A DNA stretch of 64,000 bases from Phycisphaerae bacterium (GCA_963675745.2 CAXXWX010000006.1:1-64000); one strand, 5' to 3'. Positions 1 to 10,504 are shown, counted from the first letter of the stretch. Numbers and translations: made by a program. Notes: generated by a model not told the origin, from the sequence alone.

Positions 1-99
1 CGACAGCAAACGTGCGGCATCCTGGAGCGCGCTGTCCGGCATGCGGTCAGTGTAATCGGAAAAACGAGGCGGTGGGAATGCCGCCGGCAACTTGCGCTC

Positions 100-1333
100 T
101 TACGGCTCAACCGGTTGGGTCGCGGGCGCCGGCTTGATGATGGACCACTCGTCAACAGTGTCGCCGAGGACATTGACCTGGCGAAAGTCCAGCTTGTCGC
201 CGTCAATCCACACGTGCGAATAACTGTGCATGTCGGCATAGAAGACATCGACGTAGCGCTGCCCCGGCGAATCCGGTGTCTGCTCGTAAAGCCGGGCGCC
301 GCCCGCCCCGGTCACCACGTAGCGTACGGACGGGCCGCTCTCCACCGGCTCGCCCCGCCAGATCGGCTTGATGCGCTGGTAGTTGTGGTCGTGGCCGGCG
401 AAAACGACATCGACACCGGTTTCCTCAAACACCGGCACCAGCGTCTGCTGCACGATCAGGTTGGGGGGATATTTGCCGCCGGTATACGGTGGATGATGCA
501 GCGAGACGAACTTCCAGCGCTGTGCCGACGATGCCATAACCTCGCGCAGCCAGGGCGCGACGTGTTCGCGAAGCCGCTGCTCGCCGACATTGCTGTCGAC
601 GACGGCGATGCGGGCCGAAGCATAGTCAAACCAGTAATGATGCTCGGCAGGTTCGTCGGGCGGACCGTTGGTCGGCAGATCGAACACGGAGACGTACGGC
701 GTGGCCGCGCCCCGTTGCGTCCACGTCGTGGTTTCCGAGGCACGGCCAGAAGGCGGAGCGCGCGAGCAGCTTGCGATACGGGGCGAAAAACCGGGCGCCG
801 TAACGCCGTCGCGCTCCATCAGGATACACCAGGTCGCCGGTGTGCAGGAGGAAGTCGGGATCGGCGTCATTCATCAGGCCGGCCAGAACATATTGCTCGC
901 GCTTGGCCCGGCCGCTATCGCCGAAAACAATGAAGTTGCAGGGAGTGTCGCCGGTCTTGCTCGTGTGGACGATGTCGCCCCCCAGCTTGCGATCGCCGGC
1001 GCGAATCTCGTAGGAGTAGCCGCAGCCGGCGTCAAGGCCGCCCAGCCGGGCGGTGTGCCGGTTCGCCTCGCGCTCTACCGGCACAATCACGTCGCCGCTA
1101 TCCAGCGCGAGCGTGACGGCGCAATCGGCGCTGCGCGACGTTGTCCAGACCAATACCGCACCGTGCTCATCGGCGAGTTGTACCATGGGCCCTTCGGATA
1201 TCCGGACCGGCAGGAACCAATCGCCGTACACGATCAGCAGTATGCTGAGCGCGGCGAGTAAGGCCAGCGCGAGGATCGTCTGTCCGGCGGTCACATGGCG
1301 TGTCATCTTGTCTGGCGGGGGTGAGTCGGTCAT
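100..1333 (-). CDS. Membrane-anchored purple-acid-phosphatase-like metallophosphoesterase, frameshifted (probable extra base in CCCC at 710-713)
   Basis: ORF 626..1333 has a TM helix plus GDSG, GDLVY and GNHD; ORF 100..870 has HHPPY and GHDHNY. Deleting one G from ACGGGGCGCG (minus strand) joins them: GNHDVDATG-AATPYVSVFDLP. Confidence 0.85.
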
Positions 1334-1338
1334 GTTGA

Positions 1339-2427
1339 TCAGGGCGTCTTGGCGGGTTGCGTGGTCGGCGCGGCACGTTCACTCGCGGGCTTGTCAGCGT
1401 TGTCCCGATGCCAGAGCACAAACGCGCGATGAGCTTCCTCACGCGCCTCTGAGCTTTCGAACCCGCCGCGCGATTCACCGCCCTTGCCGATGGCGACGCC
1501 GAGCTGCGCCGGCTGCAAATCATAGATTCGACAGAGCGACAACAGGGCCACGTCGCCGAGCGTCTGCACGGCACGGCGGCCGGGGCCCAGTGCGACTTGT
1601 CCGACGAGCGTGCGGTCGGGAAGCAGCTCGATCAATGGATCAGCGGACCGCTCGTCGCCGATCCAGCCCAGGGCTTCGACAACACCCTCAATGCGAATGA
1701 GCTTGCTGCGCGCGGCGGAAGCGCGTAACAGCTCCAGCGACTCGAGCAACGCGGGCACGCTGTCAGTGGCCTTGGCGCGCGCACACACGCGCGCGGTCTT
1801 GTCGATCATGTGAGCCAACACGATTCGATAGGTCATTTCGTCGGACTCGAACGCATTCTCCCGCATCGCCGCGTTCCAGCCCCGCATGAGCCGTGTCAGT
1901 CCGCGGGCCACGACCGGATCGTGTAGCTGGTAACTGATCTCGAACGCCACCTCAATGACGTCGAAGTCCCAGTCTTCCACCTTGGCGGCGATCAGCACGC
2001 CGGCCCCGCTGTTCGGCTCTAGCGGCACCCTGCGCAGGGCCGCGACGCGTTGCTCGGTTTGATCCGCGAAAAGCTGCTCCACCAGTGCGGGATGGCGTGC
2101 CGCGAACGCATCAAGCAACGCGCGATCGGCCTCCGGCAGCTCGACGCGCAGTAATTGCACGCGCAACGCCCCGTTGACGCGGCTGAGCGCTGCGTGCAGG
2201 CGCTTCTGCTGCTCGATCGGACGATCGCCGAGCGGGCCCAGCGCTTCAACCAGCGGCGTGATCACGCCGTCAACGAGCGCATCGGCCGCGGTCCCATCTT
2301 CATCCTTCCCGGTGGCGATACGCTCGACCAGTGCGCTGAGCTCCGGCGCGGCGGCTTGCTCACCAGCAACCGGGCCCCCGTCAGCGACAAGCAACGCGGC
2401 GATGAATAGCGCGGTGGGGGCGATCAT
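1339..2427 (-). CDS. Secreted hypothetical protein with HEAT-like repeats
   Basis: Signal-peptide-like N-terminus; VVEALGWIGDERSADPLIELL HEAT-like motif; ATGA overlap with the coaD stop. Confidence 0.7.
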   Translation of the reverse strand: MIAPTALFIAALLVADGGPVAGEQAAAPELSALVERIATGKDEDGTAADALVDGVITPLVEALGPLGDRPIEQQKRLHAALSRVNGALRVQLLRVELPEADRALLDAFAARHPALVEQLFADQTEQRVAALRRVPLEPNSGAGVLIAAKVEDWDFDVIEVAFEISYQLHDPVVARGLTRLMRGWNAAMRENAFESDEMTYRIVLAHMIDKTARVCARAKATDSVPALLESLELLRASAARSKLIRIEGVVEALGWIGDERSADPLIELLPDRTLVGQVALGPGRRAVQTLGDVALLSLCRIYDLQPAQLGVAIGKGGESRGGFESSEAREEAHRAFVLWHRDNADKPASERAAPTTQPAKTP

Positions 2428-2933
2428 CGTTTGCCCAGCTTTCTATACAGCGCCGTCACGACGTTGGCCGGGACCAATCGCTGGATCGGCGCCTCGCTGC
2501 CCCCGCCGAGCTCGAAAATCTGCTTGATGTATGTGCTGGAAGTCAGCATGTACTGGTCGCTGGTGAGCATGAAGATGGTCTCAATCCCTCCGATCATCAT
2601 GTTGACATTGGCCTGCTGGAGTTCGTGACTGAGGTCATTAACGTCGCGGATGCCGCGCAACAGCACGCTGCCCTTGCACTGGCGAACAAAATCGATCGTC
2701 AGCCCGCCGTAGATCTCCGCGCGCACATTCTCAAAATCGGCGATGTGCGGCAGGAGCAACTCACGACACTCCTGCGGCGTGAACAGCTCTTGCTTGTTGG
2801 GGTTTTGCCCGATCCCGACGACGACCTCGCTGAAGAGCCGCGCCGCGCGCTGGATGATGTCGAGATGGCCAAACGTCACCGGATCAAATGAACCCGGGTA
2901 GACCGCGGTGACAGGTTTTCTTCCATCTGGCAT
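2424..2933 (-). CDS. coaD: Phosphopantetheine adenylyltransferase
   Basis: YPGSFDPVTFGHLDII, LLRGIR, TSST motifs; 169 aa. Confidence 0.96.
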   Translation of the reverse strand: MPDGRKPVTAVYPGSFDPVTFGHLDIIQRAARLFSEVVVGIGQNPNKQELFTPQECRELLLPHIADFENVRAEIYGGLTIDFVRQCKGSVLLRGIRDVNDLSHELQQANVNMMIGGIETIFMLTSDQYMLTSSTYIKQIFELGGGSEAPIQRLVPANVVTALYRKLGKR

Positions 2934-3061
2934 GCGGGTCCCTTTGTGACTGGTGCGTGGCGCTCCTTACACCTCGGCGCATGCTAGCGGCGACAATGAC
3001 GCCTGTCCAAGGTGGTTCACAACAGGCGCGCCGCGGCCGTCGAACGGCCGTGCCCGGCGGT

Positions 3062-3626
3062 TCAAAGGGTCCCCAGATCGGCCGCTAGCACCGCGTGGTA
3101 TTCGGCTCCGGTCGGTTTGAGGCGGCTCTCGAAGAGCGTCACGTGACTAACAACCATGCTGTGCGGGCCCGGCGGCGGCAGCCGTTCCAACTGCTCGCGC
3201 ATGATGTTACCACCCCGCCGGCGACTTGGCGCGGCCCAGCGTCACGTGGGGCGAAAACGCGCGGTCTTCACGGGCAAACCCGAGATCGCCCAGCAGCGGG
3301 TCGGCGAGCTCCAGCCAACGGCGACAACCCTGGGTCTCGTCACGAATTCCACACCAGAGCACGCGCGGCCGGCGCGGATCGGGAAACGCGCCGAATGTCT
3401 CCAGCCCGATCTCAAACGGCGCGACCCGCGCGGATGCGGCTCTTATGACCGCGCACACCGGTTCGATATCCGCCGGCTCCACATCGCCCAGGAACTTCAG
3501 CGTCACGTGCAGTTGGCGTTCCGTACACCAGCGCACATCGCGCGTGCGCGGAAACTCGTCACGCAATAGCTTGACCAACGGCCGGCGCGTGGCGGTGTCA
3601 AGCTCGACGGCAATGAAGCAACGCAT
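3062..3626 (-). CDS. thpR: RNA 2',3'-cyclic phosphodiesterase (2H family), frameshifted (probable extra base in CCCC at 3213-3216)
   Basis: MRCFIAV start; two HxT motifs (LHVTLKF, PHVTLGR). Removing one G restores the typical C-terminus ...VTLFESRLKPTGAEYHAVLAADLGTL* ending at 3062. Confidence 0.88.
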
Positions 3627-3628
3627 GG

Positions 3629-3868
3629 TCAATCTTCGGCCGACGGTTTCGGGCGCAGGCTGGCAAGCACAAGTCGTGCCTGCTCAAAGTCGCCGCGATG
3701 CACAAGAATGCTGACTTCGCCGGGGGCCTCGGCCCGCAGCCCGGAGGTCAGACCGCCGATCATCTGTGCCTTGATACCCGTGTCGTCCAGCGCCGCGATG
3801 AGAATGGCAGCCTCCCCTTCTGTCGGAACAGTTGTGAGCACGACCGGGTCATCGGGCCTCTCGCTCAT
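3629..3868 (-). CDS. DUF2007-like putative signal transducing protein
   Basis: EAAILIAALDDTGI...VSILVHRGDFEQARLVL pattern; GGAGG RBS upstream of ATG 3868. Confidence 0.75.
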   Translation of the reverse strand: MSERPDDPVVLTTVPTEGEAAILIAALDDTGIKAQMIGGLTSGLRAEAPGEVSILVHRGDFEQARLVLASLRPKPSAED

Positions 3869-3905
3869 TGTTCTACCTCCCACCGGCTCACCGGTGTGCC
3901 GCGAC

Positions 3906-4811
3906 TCACTCGAAGCGTGACATCGCCGCCAGGGCGGAGAGACGCTCGTCAATATCGGCGGCCGTCACGGCGGCGGACGCGTCCACCGAGAATGACTCGA
4001 TTACATATGACGCCACCACCGAACCGCGGGCCATGGCGGCACGCAGTGTTGGGCCGTCATAGCGCCGGGCGGCGTCGAGATACCCCATCATGGCGCCGGC
4101 GAAACTGTCCCCACAGCCCGTCGGATCGACCAGCTTGGTTGTCGGATAAGCCGGCAACACGAACAGGTCATCTTCCGAAACCAGCATGCTGCCATGCTCG
4201 CCCTTCTTGATCACCACGAAGCGCGGCCCCAGCTTCAGAATGTCGCGGGCCGCCGTCAGCAGGCTGCTTTGGCCGGTCAGCATGCGCGCCTCGGCATCAT
4301 TGAGCACCAATCCGTGTACAACGCCCAGAGTCTTCTTGAGTTCGTCCGGCTCACCTTCTATCCACAGATTCATCGTGTCGCAGACAATCAACGCCGCACT
4401 CGGGAACTGGAGGGCCACTTCGCGCTGCAACGCCGGATGGGTGTTGGCCAGAAACACGCACTCGCTGTCGCGGAATTCGTCGGGGATTTTCGCGCCGGCT
4501 TCGGTCAGGACGTTCAGGCGCACATCCAGCGTTTCCGCCTCGGCCATTGTGCCCACGTATTTGCCGTGCCAGCGAAAGGTCTGACTCCCCGCGCGCACCT
4601 CAATGCCGCTCAAATCGATCGATGGACGCCGCAGCGGCTTGAACATCTCCATATCGAAATCGTCGCCCACAACACCAACAACACGGACATGTGTGAAGTG
4701 TGAGGCGGCCAGCGCAAAATAGACCGATGACCCGCCGAGAGCATCGGCGGCCTTGCCGATCGGCGTCTCCAGCGTGTCGAGGCCGATCGAACCGGTAACG
4801 AGCAGGGACAT
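3906..4811 (-). CDS. PfkB-family carbohydrate/nucleoside kinase
   Basis: GGSS near N-terminus, NDAEA, KKGEHG, DPTGCGDSF signature. Confidence 0.93.
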   Translation of the reverse strand: MSLLVTGSIGLDTLETPIGKAADALGGSSVYFALAASHFTHVRVVGVVGDDFDMEMFKPLRRPSIDLSGIEVRAGSQTFRWHGKYVGTMAEAETLDVRLNVLTEAGAKIPDEFRDSECVFLANTHPALQREVALQFPSAALIVCDTMNLWIEGEPDELKKTLGVVHGLVLNDAEARMLTGQSSLLTAARDILKLGPRFVVIKKGEHGSMLVSEDDLFVLPAYPTTKLVDPTGCGDSFAGAMMGYLDAARRYDGPTLRAAMARGSVVASYVIESFSVDASAAVTAADIDERLSALAAMSRFE

Positions 4812-5027
4812 CTTCAAGCCCTCGTATCGCGAATCCAGTGGAATTTGTCAGTATCGCAGGGTATCGCACCCGGCGCCCGCTGGCCATACCGGCGGCGCGG
4901 CGGTTCTTCGCGATGGGGCCCTGGATCAGTGCCGCAAGCGTCAGCAACCGGCTCGATCTCGTGGACTCTGAGCGGATCGCGCCGGCGGCCCCCACCCCAA
5001 TCCGGCCCCCGCTTCTGATTCCTTGCT

Positions 5028-5041
5028 TTGCGTGCTATACT
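5028..5041 (+). promoter_or_regulatory. Extended -10-like promoter element (TTGCGTGCTATACT) upstream of iorA
   Basis: TGnTATACT; the identical 14-mer occurs at 12846-12859 on the minus strand. Confidence 0.5.
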
Positions 5042-5207
5042 GGCCGCGTGGATTCATGTCGAATCGCAGTTGGCACAACCCGCGTCGCGACAGTGCCGGT
5101 GCGCACGTCGGTCGGGCTGCGCCGTATCAGGCCAATATGTTGAGCGCGTTCGCCGTTTCCGCGCGCGTTGTCGCGCGCCTGGCGACGTCACTTGGAGAGA
5201 GCCGCTT

Positions 5208-6845
5208 ATGACAACCGAGCTACTGCTGGGCGACGAGGCGATCGCGCATGCGGCGGTGCATGCCGGCATCGCCGGTGCCTTCTCATATCCCGGGACGCCC
5301 TCCACCGAGATCTTCGAGACAATTGCCGCCATAACCAAGGGGACCGGCAAGGTCTTCGCCCGCTGGTCGGCGAACGAGAAGGTCGCGTATGAAGAAGCGC
5401 TCGGCATGTCATACGCCGGCAAACGCGCCATCGTCACCATGAAGCACGTCGGGCTGAATGTCGCCGCCGACCCGTTCATCAACTCGGCCATCACCGGCGT
5501 CAACGGCGGTCTCGTGCTGTGCGTTGCCGACGACCCCGGCATGCACTCGTCGCAAAACGAGCAGGACAGCCGTTTTTACGGAGAATTCGCCAAAATCCCC
5601 GTCTTCGAGCCCTGCGGCCAGCAGGAAGCCTATGACATGACGCGCCTGGCCTTTGAGCTCTCCGAGGAGCTCAAGCTGCCGGTCATGATCCGCATTGTCA
5701 CGCGCCTGGCCCACAGCCGCGCGAATGTGACTTACGATCTTGATAGCGCCATCGAGCAGCACGGCCCCCTGCCGCCACCCGATCCCAACGATTGGACGCT
5801 CGTGCCATCCAATGCGCGCCGCCGGTTCAAGCACCTGCTTGACTTGCAGCCGCGCCTGCGCGAATTCTCCGAACAGGCTCCGCAGAACATCCTGACGCTC
5901 GCGGGCCGGCGCGGGATCATCGCCTCGGGCATCGCATACAACTACGTGCGCGAGGCTCTGGGCGGAACCGACGACGATTCTCTGCTCAAAATCTCGGTCT
6001 ATCCGCTGCCGATCGGCAAAATCCGCGACCTGGTCACGCACTGCGAGGAGATCTTCGTCGTCGAGGAAGGCTATCCACTTATCGAGGAGCGATTGAACGG
6101 GCTTTTCGGCGTGCCCGGCAAGGCCGTACGCGGCAAACTCAACGATGTGCTCCCGCTGACCGGCGAGCTCACGCCCGAGATTGTCGCCGCCGCCCTGGGT
6201 ACCGTCGAAGACGAGAGCCCCGGCGCCGAAGCGGATCTGGCCACGCGGCCGCCGCAATTGTGCAAGGGTTGCCCGCACGCGGATACATTCAAGGCCCTGG
6301 TCGATGCGGTCACGGAGTTTGAGCACCCCAATCTGTTCAGTGACATCGGTTGCTACACGCTCGGCGCGTTGCCGCCCTACAAGGCGGTCCACTCGTGCGT
6401 GGATATGGGCGCATCGATCGCGATGGCCCACGGGGCGGCCCAGGCCGGCGCCCATCCCGTGCTGTGTACGATCGGCGACTCGACGTTCACACACTCGGGC
6501 ATGACACCGCTGATCGGGGCCGTCAAAGCCGATGCGAACATGACGGTTATCCTGCTGGATAACTCGACAGTGGCGATGACCGGCACGCAGGAAACGCTGG
6601 CCTCAGGCGATGAATTGCTCAACGTGCTCAAAGGGCTGGGTGTCAAGGACATGCAGGTTTTTGAGCCGATTCCAAAGAACCACGATGCGATTGTCGAGTT
6701 GCTGAGAAAGTCAATGGCGCACCGCGGGCTGTCAGTGTTGATCGCGCGCCGTTCTTGCATCCAGATTAAACCGCCCAAGAAGAAGCCCGTTGACGCCGCA
6801 TGCGAGACGTGCCAGACCTGCGGGCAGGAGCCGACGCGGGCATGA
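5208..6845 (+). CDS. iorA: Indolepyruvate:ferredoxin oxidoreductase alpha subunit (short form without a full C-terminal ferredoxin domain)
   Basis: LLGDEAIA, YPGTPSTE, NEKVA, MKHVGLNVA, DDPGMHSSQNEQD, CKGCPH, DIGCY and TPP motif GDSTF...LDN; GGAGAG RBS before ATG 5208. Confidence 0.94.
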   Translation: MTTELLLGDEAIAHAAVHAGIAGAFSYPGTPSTEIFETIAAITKGTGKVFARWSANEKVAYEEALGMSYAGKRAIVTMKHVGLNVAADPFINSAITGVNGGLVLCVADDPGMHSSQNEQDSRFYGEFAKIPVFEPCGQQEAYDMTRLAFELSEELKLPVMIRIVTRLAHSRANVTYDLDSAIEQHGPLPPPDPNDWTLVPSNARRRFKHLLDLQPRLREFSEQAPQNILTLAGRRGIIASGIAYNYVREALGGTDDDSLLKISVYPLPIGKIRDLVTHCEEIFVVEEGYPLIEERLNGLFGVPGKAVRGKLNDVLPLTGELTPEIVAAALGTVEDESPGAEADLATRPPQLCKGCPHADTFKALVDAVTEFEHPNLFSDIGCYTLGALPPYKAVHSCVDMGASIAMAHGAAQAGAHPVLCTIGDSTFTHSGMTPLIGAVKADANMTVILLDNSTVAMTGTQETLASGDELLNVLKGLGVKDMQVFEPIPKNHDAIVELLRKSMAHRGLSVLIARRSCIQIKPPKKKPVDAACETCQTCGQEPTRA

Positions 6846-6938
6846 CCCGCCCACGCCGTTGCCGCGTGGCGAAGTCCTGATCAGTGCCGGTCGGGGGGCG
6901 CCCGGCACGAAAGAATACTGTCGAACGAGGGAAATCCC

Positions 6939-9900
6939 GTGGAACACAACCTAGTTCTCGCCGGCGTCGGTGGGCAGGGCATCCTGACAATCGCCAAGGC
7001 ACTGTCAAAAACCGCACTCGACCACGGCCTGTACGTCAAACAGGCCGAAGTGCACGGCATGTCGCAGCGCGGCGGCGCCGTGCAGTCGCACGTGCGCATC
7101 AGCGACAAGGAGCTCTTCAGCGACCTGATCGCCACCGGCCACGCCGACATCATCCTGTCGGTGGAGCCGCTGGAGTCGCTGCGCTATGTGCAGTTTCTCA
7201 ATCGCGACGGGGTGATCGTCACCAGCACCAACGCGTTCATGAACATCGGCAACTATCCGCCCATTGAGAGCGTGCTCGAACGCATTGCCGAGTTCCCCCA
7301 GCACGTTCTGATAGACATGGAAAAGCTGGCCCGGGCCGCCGGCTCGATACGTGCGGCGAACATGGTAGCCCTCGGGGCCGCGTCATTGTTTCTGAATGTT
7401 GATACCGGCGAGCTGGAAAACGCCGTCGCCGAGATGTTTGCCGCCAAAGGTGAAAAGCTCGTGCTCGTCAATCGCCGAGCATTTCGCTTTGGACGCAACG
7501 CCGCGGCGGCTTATCGCGATGGATTGCAACGCGGCGGCACGTCGCGCGCAGTCCGCCAGTGGATCGACACACTCGATCCCGAGCACCTCGCCGGCGACGA
7601 GGCGCCGCAGCCCGATGTCCTCGACCTGGCCGAAGATGTCGATCGCCTCTCCGGCGCCGAGGCCCATGCCTTCGAACGCACACTGGTGCGTGCCTATGAG
7701 GAAGGCCGCCGGCAGCTTTACGAGCACGAGGTATATACACTCGTCGAGCTCGTCGGCGCCATCTCGCCGCCGCGCTATGTGTTCGTCGAGAAAGGCGGCA
7801 CCGTCTCAGCGGATGCGTTGGCGCGCTTCCCCGGCGACCGCGTGGTGCTCAAGCTGGTTTCGCCGGACGTCGTACACAAGAGCGATGCGGCGGCGATCGT
7901 GTTCGTACCCAACCAGCTCGCCACGGTGCGACGGGAGATAGACCGGCTGGTTGAGCGACATTCACAATCCGCCCAGATCGCCGGTGTGCTGGTAATCGAG
8001 TACGTCGATCCCGAGTATCGCGGGTTTGGCAGCGAGCTGTTTGTCGGTATACGTGCCACGCGCGAGTTTGGACCGGTGATCGCCGCCGGGCTGGGCGGCG
8101 TGGATACAGAGTACCTGGCAACCAAGATGCGACCAGGTGTGGCTGTCGCCAAGGCCGCTGCCGCCGACACCTCCGCTGAGCAGTTCCTTGATATGTTCAA
8201 GGAAACCGCCGCATATGACGTCCTGGCCGGCCAGACGCGCGGTCACCAGCGCATTGTCTCGGACGGCGAGCTGCTGCGCTGTTTCCGGGCGTTTATCTCC
8301 ATTGCCCGACGCTTTTGTGTCGACCGCGGCGAAGAGGGGCCGGATATCGGCGAACTCGAGGTAAATCCGTTCGCGTTTCGACAACAGCGCCTGGTGCCGC
8401 TCGACGGGCGCGGGCGCATGCGCACCGCCGCCAAGCCGGCTCCCGCGCGCCCGCTCGAAAACGTGATGGGTCTGCTGGAACCGAAGTCGATCGCCGTGCT
8501 CGGCGTATCCGGCAAATCAATGAACTTCGGCCGCATCATTCTCAACAACATCAAACGCTGCGGCTTCCCGGTCGAACACCTGCACGTCGTCAAGGAGGGC
8601 GAGCGCGAGATCGACGATATCAAGTGCGTCGCCTCGCTCGATGCGCTGCCCGAGACCGTCGACATGCTGGTGATTGCCGCCCCCGCCGGTGCCCTGCCGG
8701 ATATGGTCAACGACGTCAACGCCAGCGGGAAGGTGCGGGCGGCCATCATGATTTCGGGCGGCGTCGGAGAGACCGAGGGCACGGAAGAAATCGAAGCGCA
8801 GGTGCGCGACGCGATTCTCGCCGGCCGCGCGGCACCCGACGGCGGCGCGGTTTTCCTGGGCCCCAATTGCATGGGCCTTCAGTCGAGGCCCGGAAAATAC
8901 GACACGTTTTTCATACCGACCGCCAAGCTGGATACACGCTGGACGGCTCCCGCGCGCCGCGCCGCCATCATCTCACAAAGCGGCGCCTTCATCGTCTCAC
9001 GGCTCAGCAACCTCCAGACGCTGGATCCGGCACTGGCTATCTCGATCGGCAATCAGATCGACCTGACCGTCGCCGACCTGCTCACCGCCGTCGGCAAGCG
9101 TGATGACATTGACGCGATCGGCGTTTACATGGAGGGGTTCGCCAGTCTCGACGGCCTCGACTTCCTGCGCGCGGTCGAGTCCGTCACCGCCGCCGGCAAA
9201 TCCGTCGTCTTTTATAAGGCCGGCCGCACCGAAACGGGACGATCGGCCGCCGCGGGACACACGGCATCGGTCGCCGGCGACTACGACATCTGCATGGCCG
9301 CCGCCGAGCACGCCGGCGCCATCGTCGTCGAAACCTTCAAGGAGTTCGAGCAGATGCTCGAACTCGCCACATACGTGCACGACAAGAAGATCGGCGGGAC
9401 GCGACTGTTCGCCATGTCCAACGCCGGCATGGAAACCGTCGGCATGGCGGATTCGATCCGCGGCGCGCGCTATGAGGTCTCGATGAAAGCGCTGTCAAAG
9501 GAGCTGCGGGCGGACCTCGTCAAGGTGCTGCGCACCCACAAGCTCGACCAGCTCGTCAACGCCCGCAACCCGCTCGACGTTACGCCGATGGCCGACGAAT
9601 CGGCTTACCTCGATATCGTGCGCCTGATGGTCAAGAGCGATGAGATGGACGCCCTGATCGTCTCCTGCGTGCCGCTGACCCCACGGATGCTGACCACGCC
9701 GGACGAAATCACGAAGCCCGAGTCGCTGATCCACCAGTTGCCGGCGCTCTTCAAGGAGTGCCCCAAGCCGCTGGTGTTTGTCGCTGATTCCGGACCGCTT
9801 TATGACCCGCTGGCGGCGGCGATTCGCGAGGCCGGCGTACCGGTCTTCCGCTCAGCCGACCAGGCGGTACGCGCCCTCGGGCGCTACATCTACCAGCGCG

Positions 9901-10013
9901 CCATGCGACGACGTTCAATCCCAATCACCAGCGACCGTAACCACGTCGCCTCGGAGATCATCAACAACACCGCCACGAACGCAACCGACAAGACGGTGCA
10001 GAAGACATCCTGA
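6939..10013 (+). CDS. iorB: Fusion of IorB and acyl-CoA synthetase (ADP-forming): ATP-grasp, CoA-binding and ligase domains
   Basis: GVGGQG and EVHGMSQRGGAV (IorB); VVLKLVSPDVVHKSD, FGPVI and ELEVNP (ATP-grasp); PKSIAVLGVS and GPNCMG (CoA binding); SQSG, GNQIDL, KAGR..G...AAGHTAS and NPLD (ligase). Confidence 0.92.
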   Translation: MEHNLVLAGVGGQGILTIAKALSKTALDHGLYVKQAEVHGMSQRGGAVQSHVRISDKELFSDLIATGHADIILSVEPLESLRYVQFLNRDGVIVTSTNAFMNIGNYPPIESVLERIAEFPQHVLIDMEKLARAAGSIRAANMVALGAASLFLNVDTGELENAVAEMFAAKGEKLVLVNRRAFRFGRNAAAAYRDGLQRGGTSRAVRQWIDTLDPEHLAGDEAPQPDVLDLAEDVDRLSGAEAHAFERTLVRAYEEGRRQLYEHEVYTLVELVGAISPPRYVFVEKGGTVSADALARFPGDRVVLKLVSPDVVHKSDAAAIVFVPNQLATVRREIDRLVERHSQSAQIAGVLVIEYVDPEYRGFGSELFVGIRATREFGPVIAAGLGGVDTEYLATKMRPGVAVAKAAAADTSAEQFLDMFKETAAYDVLAGQTRGHQRIVSDGELLRCFRAFISIARRFCVDRGEEGPDIGELEVNPFAFRQQRLVPLDGRGRMRTAAKPAPARPLENVMGLLEPKSIAVLGVSGKSMNFGRIILNNIKRCGFPVEHLHVVKEGEREIDDIKCVASLDALPETVDMLVIAAPAGALPDMVNDVNASGKVRAAIMISGGVGETEGTEEIEAQVRDAILAGRAAPDGGAVFLGPNCMGLQSRPGKYDTFFIPTAKLDTRWTAPARRAAIISQSGAFIVSRLSNLQTLDPALAISIGNQIDLTVADLLTAVGKRDDIDAIGVYMEGFASLDGLDFLRAVESVTAAGKSVVFYKAGRTETGRSAAAGHTASVAGDYDICMAAAEHAGAIVVETFKEFEQMLELATYVHDKKIGGTRLFAMSNAGMETVGMADSIRGARYEVSMKALSKELRADLVKVLRTHKLDQLVNARNPLDVTPMADESAYLDIVRLMVKSDEMDALIVSCVPLTPRMLTTPDEITKPESLIHQLPALFKECPKPLVFVADSGPLYDPLAAAIREAGVPVFRSADQAVRALGRYIYQRAMRRRSIPITSDRNHVASEIINNTATNATDKTVQKTS

Positions 10014-10035
10014 CCACACCGCACGCTTTCGCGCA

Positions 10036-10062
10036 GCGGCCGACCCCCAAGTCGGCCGTTGT
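10036..10062 (+). terminator. Possible terminator hairpin after the iorB fusion
   Basis: CGGCCGAC-CCCCAA-GTCGGCCG followed by TTGT (weak U tract). Confidence 0.35.
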
Positions 10063-10198
10063 CGCTGTGCGTTACTGAAACGGCTGACACTGGGGGAGGC
10101 GGATGCGTGACACTTCGGGCGGGTAGCGCTTATGCCTGGAGGTAGGAAACGCGTTCCATATCCGGGCGTGCAGAGTGCGTGGCCGGGAGCCGGCGTTT

Positions 10199-10409
10199 GT
10201 CGGCTTCAGCCGACCGGTCATTGCCACCAGTCGCAACTGGTGGTGCCGGACGCCGCCGCCCTCGCGGTCCTTCAGAGCCGGGCTTCAGCCGACTTCTCGC
10301 AATGCCGTTGGAAGCCCGGCTGAAGCCCGGCTATGTGTGCAGGGGAATCCAAGTAGCCTCTGATCCACCAACTGAAGTTGGTGGCAACGGTTGGTCAGCT
10401 GAAACCGAC
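10199..10409. repeat. Nested REP/BIME- or MITE-like inverted-repeat element
   Basis: 45-bp imperfect inverted arms 10199-10243 / 10365-10409, each holding short palindromes, around a perfect 16-bp inverted repeat 10276-10291 / 10317-10332. Confidence 0.75.
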
Positions 10410-10504
10410 CGGCGGCCGCGAGGCGCCAATTCAACTGGTCACTCGCCCGCCTGAGGCATCACGCGCCCGGCGATGGCCGCTACGCGGATCACTCCCGATC
10501 GTAG

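Noticed and set aside
1..20. Possible gene start on the minus strand at the window edge
   Set aside because: Only six codons are visible.
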